Source: the human T2T-CHM13v2.0 reference genome, Homo sapiens. From it: a stretch of 64,000 nucleotides of DNA. Within the stretch, counting starts at the first letter, position 1; each line of letters opens with the position of its first letter. Made by a program: the position numbers and the translations under genes. Location of the stretch: assembly GCF_009914755.1 (NCBI RefSeq), contig NC_060929.1, one strand, 5' to 3'. Under the pieces are notes generated by a model. The model worked only from the letters and a program-made list of their open reading frames with translations, was not told the DNA's origin and searched no databases. This document shows, piece by piece, positions 13,023-25,655 of this stretch.

Positions 13023-13305
13023 AGGACAGTTTTAAAAAATATTATTTACATTAATATAACAAAAATAAAATGTTTAGATCTAAAATACAAAATGTGTAAG
13101 ATGTTTAGAATTATATAAAAGATTAATGGAAATTAAAGAAAAGGGAAATAATTGAAGGAGTAGACCATGTTCATGTTCATGGAATTAAAGACTCAATACC
13201 ATAAAACTATCAATCTTCTCAAATTGATATAGTGTGTGTGTATGTATATACTTCTAACAAATATCCTGATTACAGTTCTTCTCTCTGTGGTTAACAAGCT
13301 CTCTG

Positions 13306-13509
13306 ATACATATATATATCAGCTATGATATATATATATGATATAAATATATCAGCTTGTGTATATATATAGTATATATAGTATATAGTATATACAGTAT
13401 ATAGTGTATATAGTATATACAGTATATATATATCACACAGGATATATATACACATATGATATATATATACACATATATATTTCTTCATATGTATACATAT
13501 GAAGAAATA
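13306..13509. repeat. Complex (TA)n tract inside L1M ending in a perfect 32-bp palindrome (13478-13509)
   Basis: TA-rich array; 'tatttcttcatatgta|tacatatgaagaaata' is self-reverse-complementary. Confidence 0.9.
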
Positions 13510-14121
13510 AAAAGCTAAGAATAGCAATGATGAATTTGGAGAAAAACACAGTAGGATGATTTGCTCTACAAGATAACAAGATTTATTTTAAAGTAATTAT
13601 CTTAAGATAATATAATATTGGAGCAATGATAAATATACACCAATGGAACAAAAAGGGAGGCAAGAAACAGACTGTTACATATAAAGATATTTCATCTGTA
13701 TAAATGGGCATTGTACTACACTGCAGAAATATGATCTTTTTATTCAGTGACACTATCTCAAATAGATTTTCCAGAAGTCAAGCTGATATTAAAAGCAAAA
13801 ATCAAGTCTGAGTGGATTGTATATCTAAATAAGGAAGGCAGTCAAATAATCTTCTAGAAGATATTACGAAAAAATGCATCTATTACCTGTGGTATGAATA
13901 TAAATATTTAACCAAACACCAAAGGCACTAACTGAAAATGAAACAACTTGTAATTTGGGGTCTATTTAAATTAAGAACTTCTTTCACGAAAAGACACAAT
14001 TATGACAGTGAAAACACAAATCATAAGGTTGCAGAAGATATTTGTAAGACATATTGAGACAAATAGATCTTGTGAAGCGCATATAAAAAGAAACTTAAAA
14101 TTAATTTTTAAAAGTCAGAAA

Positions 14122-14690
14122 ACCCTCAACCTAAGTGTCCATCAACAAATAAATGGATACGGAAATTGTCACATATGTAAATAATAAAATATTATTCAAC
14201 CATACAGAAGAATGAAATCCTGTCATTTGCAGCAACATGGATGAGACTAGAGGGCACTGTGTTAACTGAAGTAAGCCAGGCACAGAAAGATAAACATTGC
14301 ATTCTCTCACTCATGTGGGGAAGCTAAAATAGTTTATCTCATGGAGGTAGAGCATAGAATGGTGGATATCAGAGTCAGGGAAGGGTAGCAGGGAGAGAGT
14401 AAGAAAAAGAGCTTCGTTAATGGATACAAAAAATACAGTTAGACAGAAGAAGTAAGTTCTAGTGTTCTATAGCACAGTAGGGTGACAACAGTTATCAATA
14501 ACATATGTTTCAAAATAGCTAGAAAAGAAGATGTGGAATGTTTTCAACACAAAGACATGATGAATAAGGTCATGGATATCCCAATTACCCTGATTTGACC
14601 ATTACAAATTATGTGCATGTATCAAAATGTCACATGTACCCTATAAATATGTACAATTATGTATCAGTAAAACTAAAAACAATTTTAAAC
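14122..14690 (+). mobile_element. L1MA-type 3' end inserted in the older L1M
   Basis: 'caacctaagtgtccatcaac...aatgaaatcctgtcatttgcagcaacatggatg...gtcacatgtaccctataaatatgtacaattatg' is an L1MA ORF2 end plus 3'UTR. Confidence 0.85.
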
Positions 14691-15440
14691 ACTTAGAAAA
14701 TCCAATTTATAAACATATGGGCGGAGTCTTAGCTAAGTAAATTTTTTGAGTAAAAAAGAGTATATTCAAATGGCCAATGCACATATTAAAAAGTGCTCAG
14801 TCCCATTAACTATTAGGTAAATTTGTTAAGAAAAGCTGGAATAAAGTATTACTGCATACCCAACACAATGGCTACATTTCCAAGATACATTAGAAAGTCT
14901 TCAGATCTACATGAACCACTTATACTGCTAGAGGAAGTATAAACTTATCCAAGCACTTTGGAAAACAGTTTTGTATTATCTACGAAAGTTGTGTAAAAAC
15001 ACTCTGTCAATTCCACCTCTACATATATGTTCAGTAGAAATGCATGAACATGAAGTATAAATATTAAGCTGAAAAATCTAGGCACAAAATTACATATAAA
15101 ATGTGACTGTAAAAAATTCAAGATAGAAAAGCTAAAGCAAAGTGTTAGACATATAGATGGTGATGATCTTCTGGGAGTGGCAAGAAGGGAGGATTGGTCA
15201 TGCTGGTATTCTTCAACTTTTTAACCTCAGTTGTGATTACACAGATAATCATTTTATAATAACTTATTGAGCTATATATTTCTGTATGGAAGACATATAA
15301 TAAAATATAATAAAAGTTTTTATTATATAAAAACTGAATGTATAATGAAAGTTTTAAGATATGCATACACACATGAATTTATAAAATTGTTAATTTAAAA
15401 TTTAAGGTAGGAACCCACATTTAAACATGGACATGGTAGT

Positions 15441-15523
15441 TGTATCAGGGTCCTCCAGAGAAACAGAACCAATAGAATATATACAAGAGTGCATGAGTGT
15501 GTGTATGTGCACATGTGTATACA
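15441..15523. mobile_element. MLT2-type LTR terminal fragment
   Basis: 'tgtatcagggtcctccagagaaacagaaccaatag' is the same terminus as the MLT2 copies at 24398 and 61212. Confidence 0.65.
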
Positions 15524-16652
15524 TAGTTGATCCTTGAACAACCTTTGGTTAGGGGTGCTGAGCCCCTGCAAGGTCAAAAATTTGTATATAACTTTTGTCT
15601 CCCCAAAACTTAACTATGAATAGCCTATTGCTGACTGGAAGCTTTACCAATAACATAAACAGTTGATTAACATATATTTTATGTTTTATGTATTATATAC
15701 TATATTCTTACAATAAAGCAAGAAAGAGAGAAGAAAATGTTATTAAGAAAATAAAAAAAGACAGTATATTCACTATTCATTAAGTTAAAATGAGTGATTA
15801 TACAATGAGATACCATCTCACACCAGTTAGAATGGTGATCATTAAAAAGTCAGGAAACAATACTGTTGGAGAGGATGTGGAGAAATAGGATTAGTTTTAC
15901 ACTGTTGGTGGGACTGTAAACTAGTTCAACAATTGTGGAAGACAGTGTGGCAATTCCTCAAGGATCTCAAATAGAAGTACCATTTGACCCAGCCATCCCG
16001 TTACTGGGGATATACCCAAAGGATGATAAATCATGCTGCTATAAAGACATATGCACATGTATGTTTATTGCAGCACTATTCACAATAGCAAAGACTTGGA
16101 ACCAACCCAAATGTCCAACAATGATAGACTGGATTAAGAAAATGTGGCACATATACACCATGGAATACTATGCAGCCATAAAAAAGGATGAGTTCCTGTC
16201 CTTTGTAGGGACATGGATGAAGCTGGAAACCATCATTCTGACTAAACTATCACAAGGACAAAAAGCCAAACACTGTATGTTCTCACTCATAGGTAGGAAT
16301 TGAACAATGAGAACACTTGGTCGTGGGGTAGGGGAAAGGGGGAGGGATAGCATTAGGAGACACACCTAATGTAAATGACGAGTTAATAAGTGCAGCACAC
16401 CAACATGGCACATGTATACATATGTAACAAACCTGCACGTTATGCACATGTACCCTAGAACTTAAAGTATAATAAAAAAAAAAAAAAGAAAATGAGTGAT
16501 CATAAAAGTATACAACCAATTGCCTTCTTGTTGAGTAAACTGAGGAGGAAGCAGAAGAGGAAGGGTTGGCTTTGCGGTCTCAGTGGTGGGAGAGACACAG
16601 GAAAATCCATGTGTAAGTGGACCATGCAGGTAAAACTTGTGTTGTTCAAGTG
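15524..16652. mobile_element. Tigger2a (MER28) TcMar-Tigger DNA transposon, interrupted by an L1PA
   Basis: TIR-like ends 'tagttgatccttgaacaac' and 'gtgttgttcaagtg'; internal 'ccccaaaacttaact..aatagcctattgctgactggaagctttacc'; it resumes after the L1 with 'tgaggaggaagcagaagaggaagggttgg'. Confidence 0.85.
15799..16488 (+). mobile_element. 5'-truncated L1PA (about PA4-PA5) 3' end with poly(A); TSD AAAATGAGTGAT (15787-15798 / 16489-16500)
   Basis: ORF 15935-16303 is the L1 ORF2 C-terminus. It is followed by a 3'UTR 'tgtaccctagaacttaaagtataat', poly(A) and a flanking direct repeat. Confidence 0.93.
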
Positions 16653-17164
16653 ATATGAGAAGAAAATTGACATTTTGTCATGTATGATTAGACCCAAGCC
16701 CTATAAATGCATGTCTAAAACAACAAAACAATAATTTCAGGGAAAAACTATAGAAATTGATTTTATGCAGGACTCTTAGACTCTTAGTTCCATATTACTC
16801 TTGTTTGGTAGTCAGGCAATCAAGTATAACAAAAAAAAAAAAACTGAGAAAAGGATATTGTCCCCATTGTGGAAGAAACTCAGCACAACTTCTGGACTTT
16901 GTTAATCTCAGGAAATGCAGAGCATACCAGGCCAGGGGCTTGGGAAACACTAGAGATAGCATGCTCGCATAGCCATTGGGATGGTCACATTGGTCTTTGT
17001 AGCTGTAGTAATCAATGTTCAAACATCTCATACAACTTATGGGCAGCATCCATCAAGGTGAGAAACATGAAGAATGTAGTATAAAAGTAACCTGTTTATA
17101 AAGTTATGAGACACTGATGGAAAATATTGGGTGATACCTAGTAGGAATTTAAAAACTTGCATAA

Positions 17165-17458
17165 GGCTAAGTGCAGTGGGCTCATGCCTATAATCCCAAC
17201 ATTTTGGGAGGCCAAAGCAGGAGGTTTCCTTGAGCCCAATAGTTAGAAACAAGCCTGGACAACATAGGGAGACCCTGTCTTTACAAAAAAAAAAAAAAAA
17301 GCCAGGAGTGTGGTGGCATGTGCCTGTGGTCCCAGCTACTCTGGAGGCTAAGGCGGAAGGATTGCTTGGGCCTGGAAGGTTGAGGGTGTAATGACCTGTG
17401 TTCACGTCACTAAACTTCAGAATGGGTGACATAGTGAGACCCTGTTTCCAAAAAGAAA
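17165..17458 (+). mobile_element. AluJ
   Basis: Dimeric Alu with J-type features ('gtttccttgagccc', 'gagaccctgtct'), highly diverged. Confidence 0.9.
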
Positions 17459-17547
17459 TTGCATAAAAGGTAGTGATAAGTATCAATGAAATATTAACAA
17501 AAATATTTTTTAGCCAAAAGCTAGTTAGGCCAGGAAAATCATGAACT

Positions 17548-17551
<4 letters not shown>

Positions 17552-17623
<72 letters not shown>

Positions 17624-17625
17624 AT
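17552..17625. repeat. (TC)n(CA)n compound microsatellite
   Basis: Directly visible. Confidence 0.97.
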
Positions 17626-20600
17626 AAATATCTATGAATTTTAACTTTAACATTTATTAATTTTTAAAAATATGAAATTTCGTGTTCTAAATATTAACTG
17701 TAGAATTAAACTATTATACACATGGAAAGTTTGACCTCAGAGAGTCACTCTAATTTTTCATGAAATAGTAAATGTGAACAACAAATCATCCATTAACATC
17801 ATTTATGACTATTTTATATTTAAATATAGACATCATTTTCAAAATGAATTTATATCTACTCAAGTTTATGAAAGAAATACTTCCATAGTTCACTCCAATT
17901 CATTCTATTTTAATTTTGTGGCATTACAGTCCATGCTAACAAATCCTTAAAGACACGTTTCAAAGTAATTTTAAAATAAATAACATTCTCCAAAGTTGCT
18001 GATCACTTAAAAAAATTCCCAAGAAAAATCTGATACAAAAATTTCTATATAGAGCTCTGCTTTTAATCCTCATAAATAATATATTGTAAATAAGATGTTA
18101 CATTCATAATTCTATTTACATTTTAAATATTTAATTGTAACTTACAGAAGTCCTGCAGAAGATTCTATTTCCTAATATTCTTAAATCTACTCTACTATAG
18201 CTATGGCTTAGGGTAAAATAAATTTTTTTTTTATGAAAAGCACAAGGTAGCACCTTATAAGATTTCACTGTGCCCTATTACAGTTCTAAGAAATATTTTG
18301 TGATTATAAGTTGTTATTCTGAACTCTACCTCAGTGTCCACTCTAATTTTTTGTCTTTTTTTAATGTTAAAATACAACCATCTCTGAAGAATGTATTTGC
18401 TCTAATCATACTGCCTGGATTTGACTCTGGACCATACGTAACCCCTCTAAGCCCATTTCTGTGCTTACCTCCGTGATAAGGGTAATAGGGTCATTGTCTG
18501 TATTAAATGAGGTAATATACATATAGATATCTTGGTAGACTACTTCACATATATTTACTGTTTAATATATAATTACAATTATCATAATAATGATGATGAA
18601 AATATAAAGCCTGCTTGAATTGTAACTTGGAATTTACAGATTATGACATTTATTAAAAGCAAAAAATATCATATTGGCATAATCTAAGAATAATAGGATT
18701 CATGCCAATAAATATTTCTTAGTGACACTGATTATAGGAAGAAGTGATACAGTCACACTGCTGCTCATTTGATTTGTTTCACTGTTTTAAATCTAATCTA
18801 TTTGTCAGGATCTAGAAATGAGAATGTGAATACAATATACACTAATTTTCTATCCCCACATCCAGTTTTTAAGGTATTTTACATAAAATTAAAAAGATAG
18901 GACAAAGCAAATATGTTCCTAAGAAATACTAGGCCATAAGAAAACTTAAATGGTATGTTTTCTTCTAAACCAATGATCTTAAAAACCTTGAAAACTTATG
19001 TCCTAAACGTTGGATAAAATTCTCAATCTATATCTTAGGAAGAACCATACATATGAAACCTTCTATCCTTCATGTGCTTGGAATAAAAGATAATATAGTC
19101 GGAGTATAATTACTTTAAGCCAATCTGGTAACAGAAAACATATTCATTATAAGATAAATTATAAGATGATTTCCTCTATGATATTTTTCATCATAGGAAG
19201 TCATTACTATTCTTTGACACTGAAACTTCAATTGAATATTTGAAATCTATTTTTATATATGATTTTTCTAGATTCATTTATTTTAAAAGTGAAATTCCAT
19301 TTAATTTATACTCCTTCGACATTAATGATAATTGCTTTCTTATGATAATTATTCTTTATTCCATTATTTATTTTTTAAAGTTAGCAGATATCTACTTCTG
19401 ACTTCTGTAACAACACATGTTCTGTTATGACTTTTGTATTAAGCATAATGCTAAAAGGAACTGTTCCTTTTAGAACTGTTTTCTTTCTCAGAATCCCTCT
19501 CCCCCAGAATCTGAAATTAATTGTATTGTTTAAAAGCAGGAAAAAAGGACCAGGCCAGTTGTATCCATCAAGTGTACAGAACAAATATCTAGATATGAAA
19601 TTCCCTTATGTAACTGCACTTGTGAAAACAAACATTTGGCAGCCATTTCCACTCACACAATCACTGCCAAATAATATAATGATAATGGTAATAATAATAT
19701 TAATTAATAACAAAATAATAATAAAGTTGTCTTTTAGTGGTGAGGTGTTTTGTGAACAAGCTTATTAACCTCCCTATGTTTCTTCATTTACATAATGTGG
19801 GTAATAATACTTGCTACACAAAGCAACTAACATCTCACAAATATTTTCTAAATTATAAGGAAATTAAATATTGTTAATTTACAATTTATATGTTCTAAGA
19901 TGGTTTTCTGAGAAAATAGAGATATTTTTATCCCTTGTCATTTCATTGTAAGTATTTCTCTTACCCTATTGATTTCAACTTAAGTGTGTCTCTTTGTAGT
20001 TTATACAATCAACAGATATATATTGAATTTTATATGCATAAGATGCTGTGATAAGTGCTGAAAGAGAAACAAGAATTTAAACAATGTTGCCAACACATAA
20101 AAAATTTTCTTTCTGTCAAGGCTTTACATTCAAATAAAAAAATCAAAACAATGCAAATGTTTCCAGAAATGACATGAAAAAAAGTGAACTTGCAAATTAA
20201 GATTATTCAGAATTTGCTGTGGGCTTAGTTAATCATAATGTTTAATTCAATCAAGGACTCATGAAGCAGCTACTATATACAGGCACTTTGCTGCATGCTG
20301 GGATACCAAAGCAATTCACAATCTACCCAAGAAATTAATAAAAATAAAAATACTATGTGTATAGTTTATAATGTTATTTGGTCTTTAAGTCAGATTCAAC
20401 AATCGTACATAAAAAATAATTCAAGCATTTAAAATGTAGATAGTGGACCAAAGTAAACAGAAATTTGAAAAACATATTAGACAATGGCTAGACTGTTAAC
20501 AGCAAGTCATAGTATTTCTGTATTTCTCTCTCTCGTTATGCACCTCTGACTCTAGAAAGTATTAATGCTTTTTCTCTCATTGCCTTGGTTTCTTTCATGT

Positions 20601-21289
20601 TTCTGGCCTTAATTTTTCACTCACTCAGCTGTAACCTTTATATCATTGTAAAGCACAAGCAAAACATCAGGCTGTACAGTGGGAAAAGCACAGTACTGAG
20701 ATTCTTATGATCAGTGATCTTGCTCATTTAACTGCAGACATAGAGTATAAGCTTAATAAGACTACATTGAGAATTCTCCTCTCAAAATGCGTAGGTTTTG
20801 CCTGTGTGATACCTAAATTTGCCTGTACAATCTGTTTTAATTCTTAACAAGATGTTTAAGATAAATCATGTCATTAAAAAAATGTATGTTCCAATGTTAA
20901 AAGCAACTAAATTATTGTTTTACTTCCATAAACTTGGATACCTTAAATTATATACTCAAATCAGACTTGAATAGAAAACTAAATTGCACTACTTATTGAG
21001 AAATTTTGTTAGAGCACTAAATATGTCTAAAATGAAATTTCAACTTTAAGATAAATGGTTAATGCTATACTTTACTCTTAGATATTAAAAATACAAATCA
21101 AAACCAAAAACTACATTTAAAACTAAAACAGAAGCCATCAGCTTCATCCTCAAATAAATTAGTAGATACCTGTAATGTAAAACAATACATAAAGGATGAA
21201 AGATTAAAAATGAAAACCAAATGTACAGAGTAAAGGAAGATGAAGGAATAAGTCTATAAGAAGCAACTCCATTTGTTCTGGAACTCCCC

Positions 21290-23110
21290 ATAATTGGAAG
21301 TACCAGGTGCTGCAGAAGTCAGTAGTAAAACATTAGCAGTAAAGCAAAAATCTAAAGAGGGAGCAGTTAGAGCACCAGGTTCTCCCTCCTAGCTCAACCT
21401 GACAAACATCTTTTCTCTATTCTTGAAGGGGGTGGAAAACATCATTCCCTATAAAGACTGAATGAAGAAAGCTCTGGATTTGAAAACATCAGGAACACAA
21501 AAGAGAGAAAATGCTGTGATGTGCTGAAAATAGTGAATTATTTGGTTGGTGCAAAAGTAATGGTAATTTTTTGCCATTACTTTTAATGGTAAAAGCCACA
21601 ATTACTTTTGCACCAACCTAATAGTTGAAAATCCAGAGACGTATTTATAGACTCAAGGAAAGAGATTAAAAACTCTCTTCTAAAAATCCTAAACCACACT
21701 AGAGAAAAGATTTATATAAACCAACATTTAAGTGTCTTCACTGGAAAAACCACTCTATTGTAAAGGTGATCTTCAAAAAGGCTGGCCATGCACACAAAGC
21801 TCTCAAATGTTTCTGAATTGCTTATTCTCAAATATAAATGAGCTACCAAAGACTTTTGAGTAATTTCCAAAAACTTCCACCATTACAAACCACAACAAAG
21901 TATAAAGACAAAACTTAGGAAAAACAGAAACAATACAGGAGCAAGAAAGTACACACTTATCCAAATAAATTTAGAGTTAATATGTTCAGAAAGATGACAC
22001 ATGTGCCAATTCACAAGACCGGAGAAAGATGCTAGAAACATGATTAGAAACTATCAAAAACCTCAAGGAATAGAAAACGGAGAAAGAAAAAAAAAACAAG
22101 TAATAGAAGATAAAACTAAGAAAATTTCCTAGTTAGTAGTATAAAATAGCAAAGACTGAAAAGAAAAATAAGAGAGAAAGGGAAATAAAAGATTAATCCA
22201 GTAGAGCCAATATCTAACTAATAAGAATCTCAACACAAGAAAGTAAAGAACATGTTGAAGGAATATTATGAACATATTTTAACACTGAAGGAAATGAGTC
22301 TACAAATTGAAAAGATCTACTAAATGCTGAACACAATTATTTGAAAAAGACTCACGGCAAAATAAATCACTGGAAATTTTCAAACATCCTAATAGTAAGC
22401 GAATTTAAAAGCATCCAGAGGAACAGCACAAACAAGTAGCCTTGGGCTTTTCAACAGCAACATTAAAAATTATATAATCATGGAGCATAGCCTTCAAAAT
22501 TCTGAGAGAGCATAATTTAGAATCATATACCTACCCCAAATATCAGGCAAGTGTAAAGTTGGGATAAAGATGGCTTCAAACACGCAAAATCTTTTTTTTA
22601 AATTTACTTTTCATGTATCATTTCTCAGATATACTAAACTAAGTATTGCACCAAAACTAGAGAGGAAACTAAGAAAACGAAGACAGGAATCCAAGAATCA
22701 GAGGATCCAACATAGAAAAGAGGCGAAAGTAATTCTCAAAATCTTAGGTGGCCAGGAAGCCCGTACAACCAATCTGGATGGAAAAGGGGAATGGGAGTTT
22801 CCAGGAGGAGATCCCCAAGAAGAGAAAAGCAGACAATCTTACAGCTTTGATCATTTAGAAAATATTGTGTGCGTGCGTATGTGTATGTTTTCTGGAGAAT
22901 AAAATGTTCTTCAATAAAAGAAATATATAGTAGATCTCTTGGCTCAGCAATTAATTATTTGCACTGTTTAAATAATAACTCTGGATACTAATTTCAGCAA
23001 AAAGTGAAGCATTCGTTTGGAGGATGATAGAAAGGAAGAGAATGTATAAAGGAGCTCAGTCTTCATTAAATTATTGAAGAATGGGATATTGATATGAAAA
23101 ACAAAGACTA
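21290..23110 (+). mobile_element. Ancient L1M 5'/ORF1 region, very decayed
   Basis: A-rich L1 ORF1-like landmarks: 'tagaagataaaactaagaaaatttcc', 'atatctaactaataagaatctca', 'ttttcaacagcaacatta..atggagcatagccttcaaaattctgagag'. Confidence 0.65.
21541..21621. mobile_element. MADE1 (Hsmar1-derived ~80-bp MITE)
   Basis: 'ggttggtgcaaaagtaat...gccattacttttaatgg...attacttttgcaccaacctaa' forms the near-palindromic MADE1, flanked by TA. Confidence 0.93.
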
Positions 23111-23144
23111 GGCAAAAAAAAAAACACAACATAGCAGTTTCATG

Positions 23145-23147
23145 TGC

Positions 23148-23186
<39 letters not shown>

Positions 23187-23195
23187 AACACACAC
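23145..23195. repeat. (TC)n(CA)n microsatellite
   Basis: Directly visible. Confidence 0.95.
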
Positions 23196-23290
23196 CCAGT
23201 GTTCAAATGCAGTCTTCCAGGGCTTTATGAAGTCATCAGTGTTTCAAGTTCCTACCATATTTCTGTTCCCATATTCTGAAAATTGGCTTC

Positions 23291-23545
23291 TGTATTAGGT
23301 CTCTATTGCTGCTGTAACAAATTACCACAAACTAAGTAGCTTAACCAAAACAATTAGTATCTTATATTTCTGTAAGTCAGATGTTAAACAGGAGTCTTAC
23401 TGAGCTAAACTTAAGGTGTCATTGGAATTGCATTCCTTTTTGAGGTGTTAGGAGAGAATCTTTTTCCTTGCCTTTCACAGCTGTTAGGGATCGCTTGCAT
23501 TCCCTGAATCAAGGTCCTTTCCTCCATCTTCAGAGCTAGTAAAGC
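23291..23545 (-). mobile_element. MLT1 (MLT1D-like) MaLR LTR, first part
   Basis: 'tgtattaggtctctattgctgctgtaacaaattaccacaaact...aaggtgtc...ggagagaatc..ttccttgccttt' is typical MLT1. Confidence 0.8.
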
Positions 23546-24397
23546 TAATTATTGGCAGAGCAAAAAGGGAACCAAGATCTACCAGTTCATTGGTAAACAC
23601 TACTCTCTAGCTATTGACAAGAAGATGCCCTGAGATTTTACGTCAATTTCTTGAAGACAGAGACAGCCAAGTCTCTGCCTGAAATTTAAAAGCTACTTGC
23701 GTCTTAGGGAAAAAAAAAAAAAAAAAAAAAAAACCAACTTTGTAGACAAAGCAAGCAAAGAAGAGCCTAAAGCAGCCTCCTCAACATGAGATAATATTTT
23801 ATAAAAATGTTGTCAATACAGATGTGGTTTACAAATATATTTTTGAGGGGTTTACTTTCTAGCTATCTCACCATGCAAGAGCAGCATGGTTTCCTTAACT
23901 TTGGAACTTGCTTTATGTATCCACCAATAGGTATCACCTACTGGCCTATGAGTGGCATGAGCTAGGGCCTGTGGTAGAACATACTCTGGCTAATGTTTTA
24001 TATCATATGAGAACAAAAGTCAATGTGAGGTAGATTCCTCTATGGAAACCCTGACCAGGTTCCTCTTTCTTTTCAAACAGAGTCTCTCTGGGAATTAATC
24101 ATGAGTATATTTTGTTTAATTGTTTCTAATATTCTCCGTAAGATGCTGCAGAACACAGCCTTTAATTTAACTTTAGCAAGTTTAAAGGCTGGGTGGAAAC
24201 TGGAGAAAATTCCTTTTCCTCAATAGCCTTTCCCCATTTTCAGTGAATGCTCCTATTTTGCATACTATATGGTAACAACTGCTGACTTCACAATTCTGTA
24301 AGCTCCCTATGAAACTAGTGCTGGATCAGATATCCCACAACCCGGGCCTTGTTATTGAAGTGTATTTCCTAAGGAGTGAATACTCTTGACTAAGAAG

Positions 24398-24476
24398 TGC
24401 ATTAGTCGGGGTTCTTTAGAAAAACACAACTAATCAGATGGAGATGATAGATAGATGATAGATGATAGATAGATAA

Positions 24477-24518
<42 letters not shown>

Positions 24519-25035
24519 GGAGATTTATGATAAGGAATTAGCTCACACTGTTATGGAGGCTGACAAGTTCCAAGGTCTGCACTCAGCAAGCTAGAGACAC
24601 AGGAAAGCCATTGGGGTAGTTATAGTCAAGTCCAAAGGCCTGAAAACCAGGTGTGCCAATAGTTGTAGTAACAGTTTGAACACCAGCAGGCTCAAGACCC
24701 AGGAAGAGCTGGTATTTCAGTGTGAGTCAGGAGGCAGAAAGAATCTATGCCCCCCAGCTTAAAGACGGTCAGGTAAGAGGAATTCCCTCTTATTTGGTAG
24801 GGGGTGGAGGGGGTCAGCCTTTTTGTTTTATTCAGAACTTTAACTGATTGGATAAGGGCCACCTAAATTAAGAAGGGTATGCTGCTTTATTCAGTCTACC
24901 AATTTAAATGTTCAACATTAAATTCAGTCAAAATCCCTTCACAAACTCATAATAATACTTGATCAGATATTTCAAGCCATAATATCTGGGCACCCAATGG
25001 CCTTTTCAAATTAGCACCTAATATTTATCATTACA
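24398..25035 (-). mobile_element. MLT2 (ERVL) solo LTR containing a (TAGA)n tract at ~24440-24518
   Basis: TG...CA ends; 'attagtcggggttctttaga', 'ggagatttatgataaggaattagctcaca', 'aactgattggataagggccacc'; imperfect 5-bp TSD agaag/agtag. Confidence 0.88.
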
Positions 25036-25389
25036 AGTAGCTTGCTTATTAAAAGATATTTCCTTCTGTGGACAACTCTATCTCACTTATTTCAAAAAAA
25101 CTGGTGAGCCTATTTTAGAGCAGAGCTGAAACCAACAGCTATACATTCCCAGCCAAATAAAAGCTGTTTCTTTTTGGTGTGAGTTTGTCTTTGTTACTAA
25201 TTTTAAAAAATATTTTTTTGAACACTGGGATCATTAGGTCTCTAGAATTATAATTGTAAAAAAAAAACTTGCTTGCAGCTTTAACAAAGTTATTATGGAA
25301 ACTCTTCTTAAATAAAGCTTGTTTTGATTTTTTTTTTTTTAAAGAGAGTTTCTCTCTGACTTTTCCATTATTCGACCACAGTTGTGGCA

Positions 25390-25655
25390 ATCATATTATT
25401 AGTTTGAGTTAACCTGGATAACCCATTAACATTGCCACATCTCAAGGTCCATAAATTTAATCACACCTGCAAAGGTCTTTTTTTTTTTTTTGCCATATAA
25501 GGCAAAATACTCCAGTCACATTTCCTCATGTCAAGGTCCATAAATTTAATAACACCTGAAAATCCTTTTGGTCATATAAGGCAATATATTCACAGGTTCC
25601 AAGAATGAGGATGTGGACATGTGGGTTCTCTGGTGGACTATTCTGCCAAACACCT
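25390..25655 (-). mobile_element. MLT1 LTR, second part, with an internal ~85-bp tandem duplication
   Basis: 'catctcaaggtccataaatttaatcacacctgcaaag..ttgccatataaggcaa' occurs twice, followed by 'ttcacaggttccaagaatgaggatgtggacat..ctattctgcc'. Confidence 0.8.

Larger units (their letters stand above)
11800..15340 (+). mobile_element. Ancient, heavily decayed L1M (L1MC/ME-like), ORF2 through 3' end
   Basis: Colinear L1 ORF2 landmarks: 'gatgaaatagacaaattcttaga', 'aaaattacagaccaatctc', 'aatggtgaaacgttgaaa', 'ccatgttcatggaattaaagactcaatac', 'gcactttggaaaacagttt'. Confidence 0.8.
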
